Positions 52,164-64,000 of a DNA stretch of 64,000 nt are shown piece by piece. Under the pieces are notes generated by a model that worked only from the letters and a program-made list of their open reading frames with translations, was not told where the DNA came from and made no database searches. Source of the DNA: Octopus sinensis (Eukaryota). The number at the start of each line of letters is the position of its first letter. Position 1 is the stretch's first letter. Location of the stretch: contig NC_042997.1 in assembly GCF_006345805.1 (NCBI RefSeq), positions 121,520,001 through 121,584,000 on the forward strand, in the 5' to 3' direction. Made by a program: the position numbers and the translations under genes.

Positions 52164-53251
52164 GGGTACATTTTGGTTATTTCATCCACACCCTTAAAAA
52201 ATTGGGTTATCTCCCCAACTAGAAAAATTGCTTAACTCAATAAAACAAAACAAAAAAATGAAAAATTAATAAACATGAAAAGTGAAAAGATTAAACATCT
52301 TATGGTACGTCTTTTACCTTTTTACTTGTTTCACTCATTTGACTGCGGCCATGCTGTAGCACCGCCTTTAGTCGAGCAAATCGACTCCAGGACTTATTCT
52401 TTGGAAGCCTAGTATTTATTTTATCGGTCTCTTATGCCGAGCCGGAAAGTTACGGGAACATAAACACACCACCATCGGTTGTCAAGCGATGTTGGGGGAC
52501 AAACACAGACACACACACACACACACCACACATACATATATATATACGACGGGCTTCTTTCAGTTTCCGTCTACCAAATCCACTCACAAGGCTTTGGTCG
52601 GCCAGAGGCTATAGTAGAAAAAGCACTTGCCCAAGTGCCACGCAGTGGGAATGAATCCGGAACCATGTGGTTGGTAAACAATCAGGTACTCCAGGTCCAG
52701 AAGCAGGAACACAGAAAAAATCCTCCACAAATTGGTAGAGAATAAATTTTCACAATTTTTGTGGCGAGACACGCTCACGAAACAACACTTCTCACAATGA
52801 GAAAAAGTATTCACTTAATGTGAACAGTCTTATCCCAAATGCAGGCAGACCAGAGTCCATAATCCAGTGAGGACACCTTGCTTGTGAAAATATTACTACA
52901 AACAACAAACCCCCACTGGACCCCAAAATCAAAATCCTTACCTTACAGCTGGGCTACTTTTTCACCGGCTACACGGCTATCTCCTTCAGTGATAAGCACA
53001 ACACAACAACGCATGCGCACACTGAAAACAAGCAACTCATACGCAGTGGGAAGTAAGCAAGCTACTTACCACACAGCCACTCGCCTGTTGAGGGGGTCAA
53101 AAGTCGACAATGTGTTGAAGTATTGAATCAAAAGAATCTAACTCTTTTAATCCAATCTTTTGTCGCCACATAAACACAACTTTTTAGTGGGGAGATAACC
53201 CAATTTTTTAATGGCAATTTTTAATGGGGATGAGATAACCAAAAGGTACCC
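52164..53251. mobile_element. TIR-bounded non-autonomous DNA element (~65-75-bp imperfect TIRs) containing a split SINE
   Basis: GGGTAC.TTTTGGTTAT.TCATCC..AAAAAATTGGGTTATCTCCCC at 52164-52230; its reverse complement is at 53177-53251. Confidence 0.65.
52311..52679 (-). mobile_element. SINE family B; the missing head lies displaced at 53053-53086
   Basis: The body stops at TTGGTAAA (52678); GTAAGCAAGCTACTTACCACACAGCCACTCGCCT at 53053-53086 supplies the 5' end. Confidence 0.8.
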
Positions 53252-54008
53252 AACTATGACAGTCGCTTTCTACCGAATTCGTCTTTCTTACGGAGCAGAA
53301 AACATTAACAAAATAGTGAACGAAACCTAAATACTTGACGATACAGGAGAGCTACAGAGGCTTTTAAAACTGAGCAACAACATTCTACAGCAAACATATC
53401 TATTCGATCTTTTCGTAGTTAAGTGCGTTGTCCAAAGACTCAATTGTGTGTTGATGTAACACGAACCAGAGAAATACCTGCGGCTCTATATTACACTATC
53501 GATTCAGTCATCTACATTCTCTCTTTATCTGTTCGTTCAATCGCTCCCTTGCAGTCGTATAGGCTTAAATAGGGATACGTAGAATCACATATATACATTA
53601 CGTAGGGATACGTAGAATCACATATATACATTAAAATGTATAATATCTTCCGCGTAAATGCACATACTTAAATTCATATATATAAAACGACAACCACTCA
53701 AATGAACGTACAGACACAAACACAGACATTCACATAGAAACACACACGTACATACACATACATGCAGAAATAGACAAGACTATGAGATAGACAGATAGAG
53801 AGGCGGGAAAGTGAGAAAGAGGGGGAGAGAGAGGAAGAAAGATATAGGGAGAAAGAGAGAGAGAGAGAAAGCGATTAATTTGCAAAATGTTGAAAGGAAG
53901 ACACGGATATTGGAGTCAATAATCAGTATCTTCTATTACACACACACACACAGATAAATGTATATATATAGGCATAAACAAAAATACATATATGTATATT
54001 TACATATC

Positions 54009-54570
<562 letters not shown>

Positions 54571-54959
54571 ATATACACAACGCCACGCACATGCATGCTT
54601 CAAGAAAGAGCTTACTCCGGCAATACTTCTTAATTTACTAAAATTACAAATTACTGCCATTTTCTCACAGTTGGAACTGATATGTTTCCTACATCCGGAG
54701 ATATTGGCAATGCTAAAAGTATTGGCAAAGATGCAAGTGAGTTGAGTAGTAGAAGTATTGATCCAATAGTCGAGATGCAACCAATTATCCACAGAGTAAT
54801 ATTTAGACGTTTTGCAGCCAGCGCCATCTACATATAAATAAAAGACTGGTAGTGTTCTCGAGAAAAAAAACAAAACAAAAAAAAATCAACAAAAAAAGCA
54901 ACAAAAATTTAGAACTCATTTCTTGATATAAAGTAAAACAAAAAAATATGTTTCGCTAT

Positions 54960-56165
54960 GACCATTGTGTTGATGATGGTGATGATGCTGGAGTTGATAT
55001 TTAGTGCGCTCATGGTCATGTGGAATAGTGTGTGTAGTGATCATCGTCGTCGTCGTCGTCATCAGCTTCAATGTTGCCGTCGACGTCGTCATAATCATCA
55101 TCATCATCATCTCGTCACCATCATCGTTTTCATCATCATCATCATCATCATCATCATCGTCGTTGTCGTCGTCGTCATCGTCATCGTCACCGTCGTCGTC
55201 GTCGCCGATATTGTCGTTGTCAGCGTCACCTTCCTCCCTCCTCCTCCTCCTTGTCGACGTCATCATCATCGTCGTCGTCATCGTCGTAGCTGGAGTCGTC
55301 GTTGGCGTCGTCGTCATCACTGTGGAGGCGGTGGTGGTGATCAGCATCGTCATCGTCATCATCATCGTCATCGTTGTCATTATCATCATCATCATCATCG
55401 ATTTCGCTTTCGTTGTCGTCGTTGTCGTCGACATCACCTTCCTACTCACCCGCCTCCTTCTCCTCCTCACATTCATCCTCTTCCTCCTCATCGTCGTCAT
55501 CATCATCATCGATTTCGCTTTCATTGACATCGTCGGTGACATCATCTTCCTACTCACCCTCCTCCTGCTTCTACTCCTCCTCATCATCATCGTCGTCTTT
55601 GTTGTCATCATCATCATCATTGTCATTGTCATCGTCCCATTGCTGTTGTTGTCCTCGTCACAGCCATCACGAATCCCACAAGGCATCATCCTTATCACAA
55701 CTTGCATCGCCAGTGACAATCTCACCTTCAGCAAACCGCATCCACACTGTTCCCTGTCGTCATCTTTCTTGCAATATACACCGATAATATAGCCGTCAGC
55801 TCTTTGGCCTACATTATCATCACCACCACCACCACCACCACCACCACCACCACCACAATCACCACTATCGCCGCTGCCATCACCTACAGCATCAGAACCA
55901 CTCACTACCATCACCACAACCACTACCACCACCACCACCATCGCCACCACCACCACCACAACCACCGCCGCCACCATCACCTGCAGCATCAGAACGACCC
56001 ACCACTACCATTATGCTGCCTACACAATAATAATGTCGTTAATTCCAATAAACTCACCTCCATCACTACCATCATACTCATTGTTATTATCAAAGCCCAT
56101 CAACGTAGAATTGGTCATCATCATCATCATCGTCGTCGTCGTCAGTATTATCAACATTATCATTA
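54960..56165. repeat. Trinucleotide mosaic (CAT/CGT/CCT/CAC) with an internal ~110-bp duplication
   Basis: Direct reading; GATTTCGCTTTC occurs at 55400 and 55511. Confidence 0.85.
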
Positions 56166-57021
56166 ACAAGAAGTGCAGATTGAACCCAAGTGGTAGAGAT
56201 TGCTTTGAGAAGGATTCCTTTTTTTATAGAAACAATTTCCGATGTCCTTGAAACAAAGACGACCTATTAAATCGTCCATTTCCTTATAAATACCCTGAAT
56301 AAAACCTTTAAGAATGCAACACCGTACCCATTATCGGTATAAGGTATTCACTAATTTCTTGAATCACCGAACTAACCTCTAAATTAGTATTCGCTGTGCT
56401 AGAAACATAAGCTAAATCTCCACCAAATTCCACCCTACTGTCTTAACAAGGAGAGAAGAGTCTTTGGATAATAATGTCTTGGATACAGTTTGTGAAAGAA
56501 AATTATGAGAAAGGCCATGCTAGGAAAGGCTTCTATCATATGTCTGCTCTATTGCCCAAGGTTCCCGTGGTCTTTTCCGTGGGCTTTTCTATCCACAGAC
56601 AAACCTAATCTGTTTTCCCTTTTTACATTGACATTTCTGTGATACCCGATCCCTATTGATCGTACCCACCTTTATTTTTATTTTCACGATCCCTTTTGAT
56701 CAGAATCCCACCCAAAGCTCTACTTTGTATTTTGCCCCATCTGTGTTCAGCCCTGCGTGACCAGTAAAGAAATTTATCATAGGTCTGCTCGAATAACATC
56801 GACCTAGGGCTAAAATTATCAGCACAAATTGCCCACATGGACGTGCAGGTACTCAGAATACACGTGAGCGCACGTACACATAATCACATGGGGATACACA
56901 CATAGAAACACATACGCACAAGCACACACACACCCAAAAACACACGCGCGCGCGCCTAGGCAGGTTTCTGCATCTATTAAGAACTCGTGTAGTCACAGTA
57001 ATATTTAAATGCTTCTGAAGA

Positions 57022-57024
57022 TTA

Positions 57025-57056
<32 letters not shown>

Positions 57057-57182
57057 AAGGTGGAGGAGGAGGTGGTGGAGAAAATGGAGGAGAATGAGTA
57101 ATAAGAGTGGGAGGAGAAGGAGAAGGAGGACGACGATAGAGCGAATTCATCATCATGATGATGCCATTAGTAGTGGTGCTGC

Positions 57183-57219
<37 letters not shown>

Positions 57220-57220
57220 T

Positions 57221-57258
<38 letters not shown>

Positions 57259-57295
57259 GGTGATGATGATGACGATGACGACGGTGATGACTGCA
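57022..57295. repeat. (GAT)n/(GGA)n/(GCT)n trinucleotide mosaic
   Basis: Direct reading of the sequence. Confidence 0.9.
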
Positions 57296-57494
57296 TTATA
57301 CTGGCAGTTAAAAAAAAACTTCATTAAAAATACATTTGGTATTCCTTCTTCTCATTTATATATTTCAAAGAGACATTGTTCAGAGGGGCAACACATTTCT
57401 ATAGAGCCGTAGATATCTTTTTCTTTTGTAAATCAATGCCTCGGTTAGACGAATTAATATGTAATCAGTCACGTACATGCTTACTATTTACCAT

Positions 57495-57795
57495 GTGGAG
57501 GCACATGGTCTAGTGGTTAGAGCAGCGGACTCGCGGTCGAGGGATCGCGGGTTCGAATCTCAGACGTGTGTGATTATGAGCGTAAAACCTAAGTACCACG
57601 CGGCTCCGGCAGAAGGTAATAGCGAACTTCTACTGACTCTTTGGCCACAACTTTCTCTCACTCTTTCCTCCTGCTTCTTGCAGCCCACCTGCGACGGACC
57701 GGCGTCCCATCTAGGTGGGGGATCTATACGCCAAGGAAACCAGGAAACCGGCCCTTATGAGCCAGGCTTAGCTCGAGAAGGAACAAACAACAACA
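57495..57795 (+). mobile_element. tRNA(Arg)-like SINE family C, full length with a 12-bp TSD
   Basis: A-box TGGTCTAGTGG, B-box GGGTTCGAATCTC, TCG anticodon-like loop and (CAA)n tail. ACTATTTACCAT is duplicated at 57483-57494 and 57796-57807. Confidence 0.9.
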
Positions 57796-58114
57796 ACTAT
57801 TTACCATATCGATGGTTTAAGAATTTTAAGTTTTCCGTCTTTCCTAGGAAGCGAACATCAAAGACGCTTTCCTCATAAAAGACAGAAAATACAGCGATTT
57901 CGCTGGACTCTAAAAACAACGATTAGAAGGCAATAAAATAGGATTTTGAAGATTTGTTGGAATCAGACTTCATTCGAGGCTCAGGAGTTTTTAACTAGGC
58001 GCGAATGAGACAAAATATATTACCAGTAAATTGTTGGAAGCCGATGGGAAAGCAAACCATTTGTACTGGCACGAGAAAACAAGTACTGCAGTAAGAACGT
58101 GCATTGAATGTGCA

Positions 58115-58719
58115 AAGGCGGCGAGCTGGCAGAAACGTTAGCGGGCCGGGCGAAATGCTTAGCGTTATTTCGTCTGCCGTTACGTTCTGAGTTCAAATTC
58201 CACCGAGGTCGACTTTGCCTTTCATCCTTTCGGAATCGATAAATTAAGTACCAGTTACGCACTGGGGTCGATGTAATCCACTTAATCCTTTTGTCTGTCC
58301 TTGTTTGTCCTCACTGTGTTTAGCCCCTTGTGGGTAGTAAAGAAAGAGGTATTTCGTCTGCCGCTACGTTCCAAGTTCAAATTCCACCGAGGTCAACTTT
58401 GCCTTTCATCCTTTCGGGATCGATAAATTAAGTACCAGTTACGCACTGGGGTCGATATAATCGAATTATTCCATTTGTCTGTCCTTGTTTGTCCCCTCTG
58501 TGTTTAGCCCCTTGCAGTCAGTAAAGAAATTGGTATTTCATCTGCCGTTACGTTCTGAGTTCAAATTCCGCCGAGGTCGACTTTGCCTTTCATCCATTCG
58601 TGGTCGATAAATTAAGTACCAGTTACATACTAGGGTCGATGTAATCGAAGTAATCCCTTTGTCTGTCCTTGTTTGTCCCCTCTATGTTTAGCCCATTGTG
58701 GGCAATTAAGAAATAAGAA
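58115..58719 (+). mobile_element. SINE family A; head plus three tandem 184-bp bodies
   Basis: The body starts at 58165, 58349 and 58533. Confidence 0.9.
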
Positions 58720-58847
58720 TGTGCTTTGTAGATGAGAGAAACCTCTGGCCTAGAATCGCAAATCTGATTTAAAAAAGCTCGTGGTATTATGCCAGTCTGT
58801 TGTCGCTTACATTGGTGTGTAGGTGGCCTCCGGGGAGCTCTGATTTC

Positions 58848-58862
58848 ACAGTAGAGGGCGCT
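58848..58862 (+). promoter_or_regulatory. Candidate CTCF-binding site
   Basis: ACAGTAGAGGGCGCT matches 14 of 15 positions of CCASYAGRKGGCRSY; a second core, AGGTGGC, lies at 58821-58827; I found no other copy of the surrounding DNA in this window. Confidence 0.4.
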
Positions 58863-59749
58863 GTATTATCTGCAGAGCTGCTTCGCCACCTGATGAGACA
58901 TCGACTGCTGCATTCGGATAAGGAGTTAAGCTTCACCTTCAGCACACAAATGTTTACCTTAAATTCGGTCCATTCTGAGCAATGTAAAGACATTGTAACT
59001 TTCCGAGAAACGGCATTGCATTTAAAGCTGCAAATGAATTCCTTCTCTACGACACACTGGTATGTTCCGGTGCAGTATATAAAAATATTCTATTGACCGA
59101 CTGCTATTTATGATATGATTTCATGGGTGCATGTCTGCTTGCGCACAAATTGAGACTAATCTTTATCCTACACGTTTACTGTTAAATGTATAAAAGCACA
59201 TTATCATGCTGTCTCAAGATGTTCGTATTTCAGATCCAATCAGTCACTTGGATATTGTTATAGCACTAATATATTCCTAATATATTTCTAATTTGTACAG
59301 TACATTCCAAGTAAATATCAAATGCCTTGAGATGCTAATGCGTGTTGAGCTAGCAATACTCTCTCTCACACACACACACATTTATTTGTGTGTGTGTGTG
59401 TTTGTGTGTATATACAAACATATATATACGTTTGTGTATACATACATACACTCACACACACACACACACGAATACATATATATATATGTTAGTCACTATG
59501 AGGATATTTAGATCTCTTACAGGATATTTTTTATCCAAGATACACTGGTTTAATATATTGTATATTCAAGAGCTATTTCTTCAATGAATATATAATGAAA
59601 TATCATAAAATATCAAATGTTATTATTAAGTTTGAAAATGGAAAAATTCATTTGATATAAATTAATTCATTAATTAATTACTATCGTTACCATACCTACA
59701 ATTGTTTCATTTCGCATCCAATTTAAATTACAAAACATATATAAATATA

Positions 59750-59958
59750 TAAGTTTACATTTCAAAGTACTTTGGGTGGAATATCTTCAGGGCATGAAAA
59801 AGGACACTGCAGAGGTTCCATTTTGATCGGTTGAAATACTCCAATAGACTTTGGAATAGTCTATTCGAGTATTTCAAGTGATCAACATCTAATCTCTGTA
59901 TTGCCGTTTTTCATGCCCTGAAGATTTTCCACCCAAGGTATTTTGAAATGCAAACTTA
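59750..59958. mobile_element. Palindromic MITE (~210 bp) flanked by TA
   Basis: TAAGTTT.CATTTCAAA.TAC.TTGGGTGGAA.ATCTTCAGGGCATGAAAAA pairs with 59907-59958; the inner stem TTGAAATACTC.AATAGACT/AGTCTATT.GAGTATTTCAA also pairs. Confidence 0.8.
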
Positions 59959-60863
59959 TACGTTTTGTAATTTAAACTGGAGGTGAAACGAAACAATTGT
60001 AGTTAAGAATGAAAATTAATTAAAAATTAATTCACATCCATTGAACCTCTCCATTTTCAAACTTAAAATACACGCACACACATACACATATATATATCTT
60101 CGATATTATTTTGAGAAAATGCTATGGCTTTTCAGAAATGCATACGTAATGATATACTCTAAGTGCTTTTCAACTGTCCTAGACCGGGGTGAAGTGTTCA
60201 TGAGAGGAATACAGTTTATGCGCATGTGCGAACACAAATAATCTCTCATTTGAATGTTCGGATATCTCAGCTGCAACCCATTAAAAAATTTTCATTCTTT
60301 TTTTTTCTTAAACATTTAATATCATTAATAGTGTGTTTATGCATCATTGTCGTTTTTTTTCACTTAATAGTCTTTATTATCATATTTTTTAAATATTTAA
60401 TGCACGTTTTATTAAGAACCGCTTTGCAATAATATACCTTATAGCGGTTTGCTGCTAAATTTACATTTTCAACTGTATCATGCTTTACTGGCGTTCTTCT
60501 AAGAATTAATTTAACAACAGTAAATATATCTTTAGTGTTCTTTTCTTCACCATAAGATTACATTGCTATTAAAACCGCACATATCGCCTTGCTTAGCCTC
60601 ACTTACATGTTTTGCGTAATAATATTTAAATATATATCTGCAACACAATTCTTCTGTTCGGTTTGTGACAAAAGGGTTTACAATAATATGAATGAGACGA
60701 ACTTAATTTTTCTTTATATGTGAACGTGGGTAAGATAACGGTATTTACGATGGTACTGAGTTTAGTAACAAATAAAAGCAATGAATCGATGTGTGTGTCT
60801 GTGTGTGTGTGAGTGGGTGTATGTATGATTATATGTATATGTATATATGTGTGTGTGTCTATG

Positions 60864-60906
<43 letters not shown>

Positions 60907-60924
60907 AAATAATAACTAAAACAT

Positions 60925-61170
60925 ATGCATATATACATACATATATGTACGTACCTACATCTATATGTATATATACATGCATATATGGGTACAGGACACC
61001 AAAAAAAATCGTCGAACACAATGAGAAACGAAAACATAAACACAAAACCAAGGAAATGGACATTTTTCACAAACAACGAAAAAATAGAGTACAGGACATA
61101 CAAAACAAGGAACATTCCTCTTCTTCAGCCGCTTCTGTTTCAACTACTCCGCGTTTCGAAGGTAAAGGCG
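60925..61170 (-). repeat. Unclassified interspersed repeat, copy 2 (inverted relative to 360-600)
   Basis: CATGCATATATGGGTACAGGACA..AATGAGAAACGAAA..GGAACATTCCTCTTCTTCAG. Confidence 0.7.
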
Positions 61171-61446
61171 ATAGATATATATATATACATGTGCATACAC
61201 ACACACATATATAATTTTATGCAATAATTTCTCATTGCTTTATAAATGCATATTCTTTTAACATAATTGCATTTTATCTTATAAATCTATTTTATGTTTT
61301 CCACGGTTACCATTCGAGCATACTTTGTATTGTATGTTGTGAAGCGTTCTTTTCACATGCATCACTGTATCATATATTCCAATGTTCACAATATAGGATT
61401 ATATGATAGACCGCAAATCAGTGTAAAACATGTATTTAAAGATAAT

Positions 61447-61455
61447 GAGTTATAA

Positions 61456-61544
<89 letters not shown>

Positions 61545-61545
61545 A

Positions 61546-61631
<86 letters not shown>

Positions 61632-61943
61632 AGTTTTATCTGTGTAGATGAATCGCTGTCGCCCTCTCTATTTACACACACGCGCGCACACACATATATG
61701 TTTATATATGAATATACATATATGCATACATGTTTTTATGTATGCATATATGTATATACGTATATACATACATGTATGTATATATATATATATATATATA
61801 TATGCTTATATATGCTTATATATATACATGCATGCATCATACATACAAACATACATATAGACATATACATATGCACATATATATGTACATATATTATATA
61901 TATACGCACACATATATATATATACATCTATTATATATATATT

Positions 61944-62035
<92 letters not shown>
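61447..62035. repeat. (CTAT)n/(TA)n/(CA)n microsatellite cluster
   Basis: Direct reading of the sequence. Confidence 0.9.
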
Positions 62036-62063
62036 TACATCATACACGCATACAAGCATACAT

Positions 62064-62432
62064 TGCAAACGTAAGAATCTGGAATGCCAAGTCATTGTAG
62101 AAGCAGAAGTTAAAAATCACGTTTATATTGGATCAACAGAATGTTTTGTGAAAACTAGAATTTCTAATCTTGAGAGTTCTTTTATAAATTACCACAAACG
62201 CAGCAACACAAGCTTTAGCAAATTCAGTTGGAGATTAAAGAATAGCAAAATTAGTTCTAAAATTAAATGGAAAATTTTAAGTTTCGCAAAATTTTATTGG
62301 TCACCAGACAGAACTTGTTCTCTTTGTGTAAATGAATGCTATAATACTCTATTTTCTAAACATCAATTATTGAATAACAGGACCGAAAAAGCTTCGTCCT
62401 GTTTACATATCTTTTTTTCCGAATATCATTAA
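62064..62432 (+). pseudogene. Penelope-like element GIY-YIG endonuclease fragment
   Basis: Encodes C..VIVEAEV...VYIGSTE..KTRISN..SSF.....[12 protein letters not shown]....IKWKIL.....CSLC..E......LLNNRTE..SSC.H. This is the YIG half-motif plus the C-terminal pattern of PLE endonucleases; the 5' end is truncated in microsatellite. Confidence 0.75.
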
Positions 62433-62815
62433 AGATTCTGTGTTTATTATAATAAATAAATTATAGATTAGATATATTCTCCAAGAAACACGAGAAGTTT
62501 CTTTAATATTATTAAACAGAAGATTAGATATATTGGTTAATATCTGGTTTAGCTATATCCTCTAAAAATCATTAAATAGTTTTATAATATCATTATCAAA
62601 TAGAAGATTAGATATATCTGTAATTATATGAGTAAGCAAATACTTTACTGTATTATTCATATTATGATGCAATATATTAAATTTTTAGAAATATATACAT
62701 ATAATAAAATTTATATTCCAAATGGTCGTTTCCAGATACATACATACATACATACATACATACATACATACATACATACATACACAAACACAGACACACA
62801 CACAGATATATATAT

Positions 62816-62850
<35 letters not shown>

Positions 62851-64000
62851 ATCATTTATCATCATTAATAGAAATAAGGATATTTTACCTTAATATACAT
62901 GACTCTAACATAAGCACAACATCGTATTCCAAACATTCAATATATATAAGATTAATTTATTTTTAAATTTATCGAGTTATATTACTAAATAGATGGAAGT
63001 TATCGTAAGTAAATAGTATTACCATTAACATTTATACAAAATAATTTCGTTTTAAATTCTAAAACTTCTAATGGATATTTCACCCAACTAACAGAACGAT
63101 AAAACATTTCGTTCGTCTTTTTCTATAAGTGAATATGACTCTATGACGTAATACACTTAATACATATCTCGTAGAAACGTAATACGCAATTTGTAGGTAT
63201 ATAAATAAGTAATCATGTTATGAATTCTGAATTTATTTTATTTGTACGTACTTACTATTACAATATAAAATATAGATTATTATTTCATCTTTATTTCATT
63301 TTATTTTATTCACTTTACACCCTTCTTTCACCTCTTTTCCAACAGATCTAGAATTATCTACAACTACGTATATATAACCTTCGTATATTTAACAGAGGCT
63401 TAAACATGAGTACATGGGACATGAAATATTCTTTCGAACAGCGAAAGACACAAATGGAAAACAAAACGAACAACATAAAGAACGACACTTCATTAGTTGT
63501 TAGCTGTCTTTCTAGTCCCGTATTTCGAGCACTTAGCAAAAATATACGCTTTCGATAAAACAGTTGCTCCCGCAAAACAAATTAAATAAAATTTGGGATT
63601 TTGCGGAGAGTCAGAATAGGTAGCACGAACTGGACAGTGGAAACAAACAGGAAGGACTGCTAAGCTTAAACGAGGTTGTGGAGGCAAACGCGCAAATCAT
63701 GCTAGGACAGGAGACAAACAAGAACATGTCTTCCTTGTTCCGGCTACAACGGAGAGAAAGAAAGATGGCTGATGGTCACGTGGGAGCCATGTGAGCAAGG
63801 GGTGAGGAGGGAGGGAGAGAGAGTGACAGAGTAATAGGATTGAATAGTGGAAGAATATGAGGTAAAATAATAAGAGAGAAAAAGAGACAATCGAAAGTGT
63901 AAAAAGATCGTATGGAGCGCGCACAGAATTAAGATAAAACTTACTTAGAATAATAATAATATAAATAATATAATATAATATAATATAAATAATATAATAT

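Noticed and set aside
53570-53633. 31-bp tandem duplication
   Set aside because: It is real but an ordinary local slippage event with no further structure.
54916-55989. 357-aa minus-strand ORF and overlapping 189- and 262-aa plus-strand ORFs
   Set aside because: Trinucleotide mosaics stay open in several frames on both strands; there is no domain and no complex peptide.
57495-57575. tRNA-like heads here and at 8835, 13771 and 27360 as tRNA genes
   Set aside because: They continue into SINE bodies and tails, some with TSDs, and lack a closed acceptor stem.
63700-63810. Possible first exon (ATGGCTGATGG..GTGAG)
   Set aside because: No supporting ORF or partner exon in the window; it cannot be assessed without transcript data.

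Overview
This is AT-rich animal genomic DNA, dense in microsatellites and transposon remnants. The SINE families and repeat landscape look like an Octopus (cephalopod) genome; I recognised this from memory and did not run a search. I could not identify any host protein-coding gene, rRNA, true tRNA or CRISPR array. Almost all long ORFs in the track are translations of simple repeats. The coding sequence I can recognise is all transposon-derived and broken: mariner transposase C-termini, an RTE reverse transcriptase, several R4/Dong-like RT and RLE fragments, a Tx1/L1-like APE-RT remnant and a Penelope-like GIY-YIG endonuclease fragment. The most interesting signal is a set of hammerhead-ribozyme (HHR) elements. 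(1) A ~300-bp tandem dimer at 22953-23557 has a foldable type I HHR in each unit, which is the layout of a non-LTR retrozyme and predicts a 305-nt monomer. (2) A tRNA-headed SINE family with six copies carries a minimal, dimer-type HHR in its 3' half. (3) A perfect 90-bp inverted repeat carries a collapsed HHR core. Other notable structures are a composite mariner that captured its former flanking DNA, long foldback elements, SINE multimers with a fixed 184-bp period, and a cluster of RLE-type LINEs embedded in (TAA)n tracts. All folds were done by eye and coordinates of degenerate repeats are approximate.
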